Assembly: GCA_964057225.1 (NCBI GenBank)
Contig: OZ059900.1
Location: forward strand, 22,630,001 to 22,694,000
Reading direction: 5' to 3'
Origin: Auanema rhodensis
Lineage: Eukaryota; Animalia; Nematoda
Length of the DNA stretch: 64,000 bases
The stretch's first letter is position 1. Each line of letters starts with the position of its first letter. The notes beneath the pieces are model-generated. The model did not search any database and was not told the DNA's origin. It saw only the letters and a list, made by a program, of their open reading frames with translations. Below, in pieces: positions 10,171-23,700 of the stretch. The position numbers were made by a program, and so were the translations under genes.

Positions 10171-13100
10171 AATACGACTTAGTTTACTCAATTATATCAA
10201 GCTTCATGAACACGGACTGCTTGTGTAATATATAATAGCAATAATAGTTTCGTTTCTGTTTTTAATTAACTTTCCTGTACGCGAGTTATAATATTTAGAA
10301 CGTGATTCCTTGATTATGAAAAACTTTCAGAGCCTGCACTGATAATATAATTGGAAACAGGCAGTACGCAATACGCAAACATTTGAATGACAGCTTTATT
10401 ACAATACGACTTAGTTTACTCAATTATATCAAGCTTCATGAACACGGACTGCTTGTGTAATATATAATAGCAATAATAGTTTCGTTTCTGTTTTTAATTA
10501 ACTTTCCTGTACGCGAGCTATAATATTTAGAACGTGATTCCTTGATTATGAAAAACTTTCAGAGCCTGCACTGATAATATAATTGTAAACAGGCAGTACG
10601 CAAACATTTGAATGACAGCTTTATTACAATACGACTTAGTTTACTCAATTATATCAAGCTTCATGAACACGGACTGCTTGTGTAATATATAATAGCAATA
10701 ATAGTTTCGTTTCTGTTTTTAATTAACTTTCCTGTACGCGAGTTATAATATTTAGAACGTGATTCCTTGATTATGAAAAACTTTCAGAGCCTGCACTGAT
10801 AATATAATTGTAAACAGGCAGTACGCAAACATTTGAATGACAGCTTTATTACAATACGACTTAGTTTACTCAATTATATCAAGCTTCATGAACACGGACT
10901 GCTTGTGTAATATATAATAGCAATAATAGTTTCGTTTCTGTTTTTAATTAACTTTCCTGTACGCGAGTTATAATATTTAGAACGTGATTCCTTGATTATG
11001 AAAAACTTTCAGAGCCTGCACTGATAATATAATTGGAAACAGGCAGTACGCAATACGCAAACATTTGAATGACAGCTTTAATACAATACGACTTAGCTTA
11101 CTCAATCATATCAAGCTTCATGAACAGGGACTGTTTGTGTAATATATAATAGCAATAATAGTTTCGTTTCTGTTTTTAATTAACTTTCCTGTACGCGAGT
11201 TATAATATTTAGAACGTGATTCCTTGATTATGAAAAACTTTCAGAGCCTGCACTGATAATATAATTGGAAACAGGCAGTACGCAAACATTTGAATGACAG
11301 CTTTATTACAATACGACTTAGTTTACTCAATTATATCAAGCTTCATGAACACGGACTGCTTGTGTAATATATAATAGCAATAATAGTTTCGTTTCTGTTT
11401 TTAATTAACTTTCCTGTACGCGAGTTATAATATTTAGAACGTGATTCCTTGATTATGAAAAACTTTCAGAGCCTGCACTGATAATATAATTGGAAACAGG
11501 CAGTACGCAATACGCAAACATTTGAATGACAGCTTTATTACAATACGACTTAGTTTACTCAATTATATCAAGCTTCATGAACACGGACTGCTTGTGTAAT
11601 ATATAATAGCAATAATAGTTTCGTTTCTGTTTTTAATTAACTTTCCTGTACGCGAGTTATAATATTTAGAACGTGATTCCTTGATTATGAAAAATTTTTA
11701 GAGCCTGCACTGATAATATAACTGGAAACAGGCAGTACGCGATACGCAAATATTTGAATGACAGCTTTATTACAATACGACTTAGTTTACTCAATCATAC
11801 CAATCTTCATGAACAGGGACTGTTTGTGTAATAGATGATAGCAATAATAGTTTCGTTTCTGTTTTTAATTAACTTTCCTGTACGCGAGTTATCATATTTA
11901 GAACGCGATTGCTTCATAATGAAAAATGTTTAGAGCCTGCACTGATAATATAACTGGCAACAGGCAATACGCAAACATTTGAATGACAGCTTTATTACAA
12001 TACGACTTAGTTTACTCAATTATATCAAGCTTCATGAACACGGACTGCTTGTGTAATATATAATAGCAATAATAGTTTCGTTTCTGTTTTTAATTAACTT
12101 TCCTGTACGCGAGTTATAATATTTAGAACGTGATTCCTTGATTATGAAAAACTTTCAGAGCCTGCACTGATAATATAATTGGAAACAGGCAGTACGCAAT
12201 ACGCAAACATTTGAATGACAGCTTTAATACAATACGACTTAGCTTACTCAATCATATCAAGCTTCATGAACAGGGACTGTTTGTGTAATAGATGATAGCA
12301 ATGATAGTTTCGTTTCTGTTTTTAATTAACTTTCCTGTACGCGAGTTATAATATTTAGAACGTGATTCCTTGATTATGAAAAACTTTCAGAGCCTGCACT
12401 GATAATATAATTGGAAACAGGCAGTACGCAATACGCAAACATTTGAATGACAGCTTTAATACAATACGACTTAGCTTACTCAATCATATCAAGCTTCATG
12501 AACAGGGACTGTTTGTGTAATAGATGATAGCAATGATAGTTTCGTTTCTTTTTTTAATTAACTTTCCAGTACGCGAGTTATCATATTTAGAACGCGATTG
12601 CTTCATAATGAAAAATGTTTAGAGCCTGCACTGATAATATAACTGGAAACAGGCAGTACGCGATACGCAAATATTTGAATGACAGCTTTATTACAATACG
12701 ACTTAGTTTACTCAATTATATCAAGCTTCATGAACACGGACTGCTTGTGTAATATATAATAGCAATAATAGTTTCGTTTCTGTTTTTAATTAACTTTCCT
12801 GTACGCGAGTTATAATATTTAGAACGTGATTCCTTGATTATGAAAAACTTTCAGAGCCTGCACTGATAATATAATTGGAAACAGGCAGTACGCAATACGC
12901 AAACATTTGAATGACAGCTTTATTACAATACGACTTAGTTTACTCAATTATATCAAGCTTCATGAACACGGACTGCTTGTGTAATATATAATAGCAATAA
13001 TAGTTTCGTTTCTGTTTTTAATTAACTTTCCTGTACGCGAGTTGTAATATTTAGAACGTGATTCCTTGATTATGAAAAACTTTCAGAGCCTGCACTGATA

Positions 13101-16100
13101 ATATAATTGGAAACAGGCAGTACGCAATACGCAAACATTTGAATGACAGCTTTAATACAATACGACTTAGCTTACTCAATCATATCAAGCTTCATGAACA
13201 GGGACTGTTTGTGTAATAGATGATAGCAATGATAGTTTCGTTTCTTTTTTTAATTAACTTTCCAGTACGCGAGTTATCATATTTAGAAAGCGATTGCTTC
13301 ATAATGAAAAATATTTAGAGCCTGCACTGATAATATAACTGGAAACAGGCAGTACGCGATACGCAAACATTTGAATGACAGCTTTATTACAATACGACTT
13401 AGTTTACTCAATCATACCAATCTTCATGAACACGGACTGTTTGTGTAATAGATAATAGCAATAATAGTTTCGTTTCTGTTTTTAATTAACTTTCCTGTAC
13501 GCGAGTTATAATATTTAGAACGTGATTCCTTGATTATGAAAAATTTTTAGAGCCTGCACTGATAATATAACTGGAAACAGGCAGTACGCGATACGCAAAT
13601 ATTTGAATTACAGCTTTAATACAATACGACTTAGCTTACTCAATCATATCAAGCTTCATGAACAGGAACTGTTTGTGTAATAGATGATAGCAATGATAGT
13701 TTCGTTTTTTTTTTAATTAACTTTCCAGTACGCGAGTTATAATATTTAGAACGTGATTTCTTGATTATGAAAAATTTTTAGAGCCTGCACTGATAATATA
13801 ACTGGAAACAGGCAGTACGCGATACGCAAATATTTGAATGACAGCTTTAATACAATACGACTTAGCTTACTCAATCATATCAAGCTTCATGAACAGGGAC
13901 TGTTTGTGTAATAGATGATAGCAATGATAGTTTCGTTTCTTTTTTTAAGTAACTTTCCTGTACGCGAGTTATAATATTTAGAACGTGATTCCTTGATTAT
14001 AAAAACTTTCAGAGCCTGCACTGATAATATAATTGGAAACAGGCAGTACGCAATACGCAAACAGTTGAATGACAGCTTTATTACAATACGACTTAGTTTA
14101 CTCAATCATATCAAGCTTCATGAACACGGACTGTTTGTGCAATAGATGATAGCAATGATAGTTTCGTTTCTTTTTTTAATTAACTTTCCAGTACGCGAGG
14201 TATAATATTTAGAACGCGATTCCTTGATAATGAAAAACTTTCAGAGCCTGCACTGATAATATAATTGGAAACAGGCAGTACGCAATACGCAAACATTTGA
14301 ATGACAGCTTTATTACAATACGACTTAGTTTACTCAATTATATCAAGCTTCATGAACACGGACTGCTTGTGTAATATATAATAGCAATAATAGTTTCGTT
14401 TCTTTTTTTAATTAACTTTCCAGTACGCGAGTTATCATATTTAGAAAGCGATTGCTTCATAATGAAAAATATTTAGAGCCTGCACTGATAATATAACTGG
14501 CAACAGGCAATACGCAAACATTTGAATGACAGCTTTATTACAATACGACTTAGTTTACTCAATCATACCAATCTTCATGAACACGGACTGTTTGTGTAAT
14601 AGATAATAGCAATAATAGTTTCGTTTCTGTTTTTAATTAACTTTCCTGTACGCGAGTTATAATATTTAGAACGTGATTCCTTGATTATGAAAAATTTTTA
14701 GAGCCTGCACTGATAATATAACTGGAAACAGGCAGTACGCGATACGCAAATATTTGAATGACTGCTTTATTACAATACGACTTAGTTTACTCAATTATAT
14801 CAAGCTTCATGAACACGGACTGCTTGTGTAATATATAATAGCAATAATAGTTTCGTTTCTGTTTTTAATTAACTTTCCTGTACGCGAGTTATAATATTTA
14901 GAACGTGATTCTTTGATTATGAAAAATTTTTAGAGCCTGCACTGATAATATAACTGGAAACAGGCAGTACGCGATACGCAAATATTTGAATGACTGCTTT
15001 ATTACAATACGACTTAGCTTACTCAATCATATCAAGCTTCATGAACAGGGACTGTTTGTGTAATAGATGATAGCAATGATAGTTTCGTTTCTTTTTTTAA
15101 TTAACTTTCCAGTACGCGAGTTATAATATTTAGAACGTGATTTCTTGATTATGAAAAATTTTTAGAGCCTGCACTGATAATATAACTGGAAACAGGCAGT
15201 ACGCGATACGCAAATATTTGAATGACAGCTTTAATACAATACGACTCAGCTTACTCAATCATATCAAGCTTCATGAACACGGACTGCTTGTGTAATATAT
15301 AATAGCAATAATAGTTTCGTTTCTTTTTTTAATTAACTTTCCAGTACGCGAGTTATCATATTTAGAACGCGATTGCTTCATAATGAAAAATGTTTAGAGC
15401 CTGCACTGATAATATAACTGGAAACAGGCAGTACGCGATACGCAAATATTTGAATGACAGCTTTAATACAATACGACTTAGCTTACTCAATCATATCAAG
15501 CTTCATGAACAGGGACTGTTTGTGTAATAGATGATAGCAATGATAGTTTCGTTTCTTTTTTTAAGTAACTTTCCAGTACGCGAGTTATCATATTTAGAAC
15601 GCGATTGCTTCATAATGAAAAATGTTTAGAGCCTGCACTGATAATATAACTGGCAACAGGCAGTACGCAAACATTTGAATGACAGCTTTATTACAATACG
15701 ACTTAGTTTACTCAATCATATCAAGCTTCATGAACACGGACTGTTTGTGCAATAGATGATAGCAATGATAGTTTCGTTTCTTTTTTTAATTAACTTTCCA
15801 GTACGCGAGGTATAATATTTAGAACGCGATTCCTTGATAATGAAAAACTTTCAGAGCCTGCACTGATAATATAATTGGAAACAGGCAGTACGCAATACGC
15901 AAACATTTGAATGACAGCTTTATTACAATACGACTTAGTTTACTCAATTATATCAAGCTTCATGAACACGGACTGCTTGTGTAATATATAATAGCAATAA
16001 TAGTTTCGTTTCTGTTTTTAATTAACTTTCCTGTACGCGAGTTATAATATTTAGAACGTGATTCCTTGATTATGAAAAATTTTTAGAGCCTGCACTGATA

Positions 16101-16371
16101 ATATAACTGGAAACAGGCAGTACGCGATACGCAAATATTTGAATGACAGCTTTATTACAATACGACTTAGTTTACTCAATTATATCAAGCTTCATGAACA
16201 CGGACTGCTTGTGTAATATATAATAGCAATAATAGTTTCGTTTCTGTTTTTAATTAACTTTCCTGTACGCGAGTTATAATATTTAGAACGTGATTCCTTG
16301 ATTATGAAAAACTTTCAGAGCCTGCACTGATAATATAATTGGAAACAGGCAGTACGCAATACGCAAACATT

Positions 16372-19300
16372 TGAATGACAGCTTTATTACAATACGACTT
16401 AGTTTACTCAATTATATCAAGCTTCATGAACACGGACTGCTTGTGTAATATATAATAGCAATAATAGTTTCGTTTCTGTTTTTAATTAACTTTCCTGTAC
16501 GCGAGTTATAATATTTAGAACGTGATTCCTTGATTATGAAAAACTTTCAGAGCCTGCACTGATAATATAATTGGAAACAGGCAGTACGCAATACGCAAAC
16601 ATTTGAATGACAGCTTTATTACAATACGACTTAGTTTACTCAATTATATCAAGCTTCATGAACACGGACTGTTTGTGCAATAGATGATAGCAATGATAAT
16701 TTCGTTTCTTTTTTCAATTAACTTTCCTGTACGCGAGTTATAATATTTAGAACGTGATTCCTTGATTATGAAAAACTTTCAGAGCCTGCACTGATAATAT
16801 AATTGGAAACAGGCAGTACGCAATACGCAAACATTTGAATGACAGCTTTATTACAATACGACTTAGTTTACTCAATTATATCAAGCTTCATGAACACGGA
16901 CTGCTTGTGTAATATATAATAGCAATAATAGTTTCGTTTCTGTTTTTAATTAACTTTCCTGTACGCGAGTTATAATATTTAGAACGTGATTCCTTGATTA
17001 TGAAAAACTTTCAGAGCCTGCACTGATAATATAATTGGAAACAGGCAGTACGCAATACGCAAACATTTGAATGACAGCTTTATTACAATACGACTTAGTT
17101 TACTCAATTATATCAAGCTTCATGAACACGGACTGCTTGTGTAATATATAATAGCAATAATAGTTTCGTTTCTGTTTTTAATTAACTTTCCTGTACGCGA
17201 GTTATAATATTTAGAACGTGATTCTTTGATTATGAAAAACTTTCAGAGCCTGCACTGATAATATAATTGGAAACAGGCAGTACGCAATACGCAAACATTT
17301 GAATGACAGCTTTATTACAATACGACTTAGTTTACTCAATTATATCAAGCTTCATGAACACGGACTGCTTGTGTAATATATAATAGCAATAATAGTTTCG
17401 TTTCTGTTTTTAATTAACTTTCCTGTACGCGAGTTATAATATTTAGAACGTGATTCCTTGATTATGAAAAACTTTCAGAGCCTGCACTGATAATATAATT
17501 GGAAACAGGCAGTACGCAATACGCAAACATTTGAATGACAGCTTTATTACAATACGACTTAGTTTACTCAATCATACCAATCTTCATGAACACGGACTGT
17601 TTGTGTAATAGATAATAGCAATAATAGTTTCGTTTCTGTTTTTAATTAACTTTCCTGTACGCGAGTTATAATATTTAGAACGTGATTCCTTGATTATGAA
17701 AAATTTTTAGAGCCTGCACTGATAATATAACTGGAAACAGGCAGTACGCAATACGCAAACATTTGAATGGCAGCTTTATTACAATACAACTTAGTTTCCT
17801 CAATCATATCAAGCTTCATGAACACGGACTGTTTGTGCAATAGATGATAGCAATGATAGTTTCGTTTCTTTTTTTAATTAACTTTCCTGTACGCGAGTTA
17901 TAATATTTAGAACGTGATTCCTTGATTATGAAAAACTTTCAGAGCCTGCACTGATAATATAATTGGAAACAGGCAGTACGCAATACGCAAACATTTGAAT
18001 GACAGCTTTATTACAATACGACTTAGTTTACTCAATCATACCAATCTTCATGAACAGGGACTGTTTGTGTAATAGATGATAGCAATAATAGTTTCGCTTC
18101 TGTTTTTAATTAACTTTCCTGTACGCGAGTTATCATATTTAGAACGCGATTGCTTCATAATGAAAAATGTTTAGAGCCTGCACTGATAATATAACTGGCA
18201 ACAGGCAATACGCAAACATTTGAATGACAGCTTTATTACAATACGACTTAGTTTACTCAATCATACCAATCTTCATGAACACCGACTGTTTGTGTAATAG
18301 ATGATAGCAATAATAGTTTCGTTTCTGTTTTTAATTAACTTTCCTGTACGCGAGTTATAATATTTAGAACGTGATTCCTTGATTATGAAAAATTTTTAGA
18401 GCCTGCACTGATAATATAACTGGAAACAGGCAGTACGCGATACGCAAATATTTGAATGACAGCTTTATTACAATACGACTTAGTTTACTCAATTATATCA
18501 AGCTTCATGAACACGGACTGCTTGTGTAATATATAATAGCAATAATAGTTTCGTTTCTGTTTTTAATTAACTTTCCTGTACGCGAGTTATAATATTTAGA
18601 ACGTGATTCCTTGATTATGAAAAACTTTCAGAGCCTGCACTGATAATATAATTGGAAACAGGCAGTACGCAATACGCAAACATTTGAATGACAGCTTTAT
18701 TACAATACGACTTAGTTTACTCAATTATATCAAGCTTCATGAACACGGACTGTTTGTGCAATAGATGATAGCAATGATAATTTCGTTTCTTTTTTCAATT
18801 AACTTTCCTGTACGCGAGTTATAATATTTAGAACGTGATTCCTTGATTATGAAAAACTTTCAGAGCCTGCACTGATAATATAATTGGAAACAGGCAGTAC
18901 GCAATACGCAAACATTTGAATGACAGCTTTATTACAATACGACTTAGTTTACTCAATTATATCAAGCTTCATGAACACGGACTGCTTGTGTAATATATAA
19001 TAGCAATAATAGTTTCGTTTCTGTTTTTAATTAACTTTCCTGTACGCGAGTTATAATATTTAGAACGTGATTCCTTGATTATGAAAAACTTTCAGAGCCT
19101 GCACTGATAATATAATTGGAAACAGGCAGTACGCAATACGCAAACATTTGAATGACAGCTTTATTACAATACGACTTAGTTTACTCAATTATATCAAGCT
19201 TCATGAACACGGACTGCTTGTGTAATATATAATAGCAATAATAGTTTCGTTTCTGTTTTTAATTAACTTTCCTGTACGCGAGTTATAATATTTAGAACGT

Positions 19301-20450
19301 GATTCTTTGATTATGAAAAACTTTCAGAGCCTGCACTGATAATATAATTGGAAACAGGCAGTACGCAATACGCAAACATTTGAATGACAGCTTTATTACA
19401 ATACGACTTAGTTTACTCAATTATATCAAGCTTCATGAACACGGACTGCTTGTGTAATATATAATAGCAATAATAGTTTCGTTTCTGTTTTTAATTAACT
19501 TTCCTGTACGCGAGTTATAATATTTAGAACGTGATTCCTTGATTATGAAAAACTTTCAGAGCCTGCACTGATAATATAATTGGAAACAGGCAGTACGCAA
19601 TACGCAAACATTTGAATGACAGCTTTATTACAATACGACTTAGTTTACTCAATCATACCAATCTTCATGAACACGGACTGTTTGTGTAATAGATAATAGC
19701 AATAATAGTTTCGTTTCTGTTTTTAATTAACTTTCCTGTACGCGAGTTATAATATTTAGAACGTGATTCCTTGATTATGAAAAATTTTTAGAGCCTGCAC
19801 TGATAATATAACTGGAAACAGGCAGTACGCAATACGCAAACATTTGAATGACAGCTTTATTACAATACGACTTAGTTTACTCAATCATACCAATCTTCAT
19901 GAACACGGACTGTTTGTGTAATAGATAATAGCAATAATAGTTTCGTTTCTGTTTTTAATTAACTTTCCTGTACGCGAGTTATAATATTTAGAACGTGATT
20001 CCTTGATTATGAAAAATTTTTAGAGCCTGCACTGATAATATAACTGGAAACAGGCAGTACGCGATACGCAAATATTTGAATGACAGCTTTATTACAATAC
20101 GACTTAGTTTACTCAATCATACCAATCTTCATGAACAGGGACTGTTTGTGTAATAGATGATAGCAATAATAGTTTCGCTTCTGTTTTTAATTAACTTTCC
20201 TGTACGCGAGTTATCATATTTAGAACGCGATTGCTTCATAATGAAAAATGTTTAGAGCCTGCACTGATAATATAACTGGCAACAGGCAATACGCAAACAT
20301 TTGAATGACAGCTTTATTACAATACGACTTAGTTTACTCAATCATACCAATCTTCATGAACACCGACTGTTTGTGTAATAGATGATAGCAATAATAGTTT
20401 CGTTTCTGTTTTTAATTAACTTTCCTGTACGCGAGTTATAATATTTAGAA
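16372..20450. repeat. 9-monomer tandem block duplication in array B (2081 bp)
   Basis: Marker pairs 2081 bp apart (9x232-7): TTTTCAATT 16715/18796, ATTCTTTG 17221/19302, GTTTCGCTT 18091/20172, ACCGACTG 18281/20362. One monomer differs between the copies. Confidence 0.88.
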
Positions 20451-20799
20451 CGCGATTGCTTCATAATGAAAAATGTTTAGAGCCTGCACTGATAATATAA
20501 CTGGCAACAGGCAATACGCAAACATTTGAATGACAGCTTTATTACAATACGACTTAGTTTACTCAATCATACCAATCTTCATGAACACCGACTGTTTGTG
20601 TAATAGATGATAGCAATAATAGTTTCGTTTCTGTTTTTAATTAACTTTCCTGTACGCGAGTTATAATATTTAGAACGTGATTCCTTGATTATGAAAAATT
20701 TTTAGAGCCTGCACTGATAATATAACTGGAAACAGGCAGTACGCGATACGCAAATATTTGAATGACAGCTTTATTACAATACGACTTAGTTTACTCAAT

Positions 20800-23700
20800 T
20801 ATATCAAGCTTCATGAACACGGACTGCTTGTGTAATATATAATAGCAATAATAGTTTCGTTTCTGTTTTTAATTAACTTTCCTGTACGCGAGTTATAATA
20901 TTTAGAACGTGATTCCTTGATTATGAAAAACTTTCAGAGCCTGCACTGATAATATAATTGGAAACAGGCAGTACGCAATACGCAAACATTTGAATGACAG
21001 CTTTATTACAATACGACTTAGTTTACTCAATTAAATCAAGCTTCATGAACACGGACTGTTTGTGCAATAGATGATAGCAATGATAATTTCGTTTCTTTTT
21101 TCAATTAACTTTCCAATACGCGAGTTATTATATTTAGAACGTGATTCCTTCATAATGAAAAATTTTTAGAGCCTGCACTGATAATATAACTGGAAACAGG
21201 CAGTACGCGATACGCAAATATTTGAATGACTGCTTTATTACAATACGACTTAGTTTACTCAATTATATCAAGCTTCATGAACACGGACTGCTTGTGTAAT
21301 ATATAATAGCAATAATAGTTTCGTTTCTGTTTTTAATTAACTTTCCTGTACGCGAGTTATAATATTTAGAACGTGATTCTTTGATTATGAAAAACTTTCA
21401 GAGCCTGCACTGATAATATAATTGGAAACAGGCAGTACGCAATACGCAAACATTTGAATGACAGCTTTATTACAATACGACTTAGTTTACTCAATTATAT
21501 CAAGCTTCATGAACACGGACTGCTTGTGTAATATATAATAGCAATAATAGTTTCGTTTCTGTTTTTAATTAACTTTCCTGTACGAGAGTTATAATATTTA
21601 GAACGTGATTCCTTGATTATGAAAAACTTTCAGAGCCTGCACTGATAATATAATTGGAAACAGGCAGTACGCAATACGCAAACATTTGAATGACAGCTTT
21701 ATTACAATACGACTTAGTTTACTCAATCATACCAATCTTCATGAACACGGACTGTTTGTGTAATAGATAATAGCAATAATAGTTTCGTTTCTGTTTTTAA
21801 TTAACTTTCCTGTACGCGAGTTATAATATTTAGAACGTGATTCCTTGATTATGAAAAACTTTCAGAGCCTGCACTGATAATATAATTGGAAACAGGCAGT
21901 ACGCAATACGCAAACATTTGAATGACAGCTTTATTACAATACGACTTAGTTTACTCAATTATATCAAGCTTCATGAACACGGACTGCTTGTGTAATATAT
22001 AATAGCAATAATAGTTTCGTTTCTGTTTTTAATTAACTTTCCTGTACGAGAGTTATAATATTAAGAACGTGATTCCTTGATTATGAAAAATTTTTAGAGC
22101 CTGCACTGATAATATAACTGGAAACAGGCAGTACGCGATACGCAAATATTTGAATGACAGCTTTATTACAATACGACTTAGTTTACTCAATCATACCAAT
22201 CTTCATGAACACGGACTGTTTGTGTAATAGATAATAGCAATAATAGTTTCGTTTCTGTTTTTAATTAACTTTCCTGTACGCGAGTTATAATATTTAGAAC
22301 GTGATTCCTTGATTATGAAAAATTTTTAGAGCCTGCACTGATAATATAACTGGAAACAGGCAGTACGCGATACGCAAATATTTGAATGACAGCTTTATTA
22401 CAATACGACTTAGTTTACTCAATCATACCAATCTTCATGAACAGGGACTGTTTGTGTAATAGATGATAGCAATAATAGTTTCGTTTCTGTTTTTAATTAA
22501 CTTTCCTGTACGCGAGTTATCATATTCAGAACGCGATTGCTTCATAATGAAAAATGTTTAGAGCCTGCACTGATAATATAACTGGCAACAGGCAATACGC
22601 AAACATTTGAATGACAGCTTTATTACAATACGACTTAGTTTACTCAATCATACCAATCTTCATGAACACCGACTGTTTGTGTAATAGATAATAGCAATAA
22701 TAGTTTCGTTTCTGTTTTTAATTAACTTTCCTGTACGCGAGTTATAATATTTAGAACGTGATTCCTTGATTATGAAAAATTTTTAGAGCCTGCACTGATA
22801 ATATAACTGGAAACAGGCAGTACGCGATACGCAAATATTTGAATGACAGCTTTATTACAATACGACTTAGTTTACTCAATTAAATCAAGCTTCATGAACA
22901 CGGACTGTTTGTGTAATAGATAATAGCAATAATAGTTTCGTTTCTGTTTTTAATTAACTTTCCTGTACGCGAGTTATAATATTTAGAACGTGATTCCTTG
23001 ATTATGAAAAATTTTTAGAGCCTGCACTGATAATATAACTGGAAACAGGCAGTACGCGATACGCAAATATTTGAATGACAGCTTTATTACAATACGACTT
23101 AGTTTACTCAATCATACCAATCTTCATGAACACGGACTGTTTGTGTAATAGATAATAGCAATAATAGTTTCGTTTCTGTTTTTAATTAACTTTCCTGTAC
23201 GCGAGTTATAATATTTAGAACGTGATTCCTTGATTATGAAAAACTTTCAGAGCCTGCACTGATAATATAATTGGAAACAGGCAGTACGCAATACGCAAAC
23301 ATTTGAATGACAGCTTTATTACAATACGACTTAGTTTACTCAATTAAATCAAGCTTCATGAACACGGACTGTTTGTGCAATAGATGATAGCAATGATAAT
23401 TTCGTTTCTTTTTTCAATTAACTTTCCAATACGCGAGTTATTATATTTAGAACGTGATTCCTTCATAATGAAAAATTTTTAGAGCCTGCACTGATAATAT
23501 AACTGGAAACAGGCAGTACGCGATACGCAAATATTTGAATGACTGCTTTATTACAATACGACTTAGTTTACTCAATTATATCAAGCTTCATGAACACGGA
23601 CTGCTTGTGTAATATATAATAGCAATAATAGTTTCGTTTCTGTTTTTAATTAACTTTCCTGTACGCGAGTTATAATATTTAGAACGTGATTCTTTGATTA

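Noticed and set aside
9895-10228. Two ORFs (98 aa minus strand, 92 aa plus strand) spanning the gap
   Set aside because: They consist mostly of X from the 200 N and are artefacts.
10191-10229. Compensatory covariation in the ATTATATCAAGC / GCTTGTGTAAT hairpin of monomer B
   Set aside because: The linked alleles CAATC and GTTTG do not restore pairing, so there is no evidence of selection on this stem.
1-10402. Homology between satellites A and B (shared TGAACAC and CATGAA words)
   Set aside because: Only 6-7-bp matches, as expected by chance in AT-rich DNA, with no collinear similarity seen.
13887-14105. 72-aa minus-strand ORF
   Set aside because: It is one satellite monomer opened by chance through TTAATTAA>TTAAGTAA and a 1-bp deletion. 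It has no recognisable protein features and the frame is closed in other monomers.
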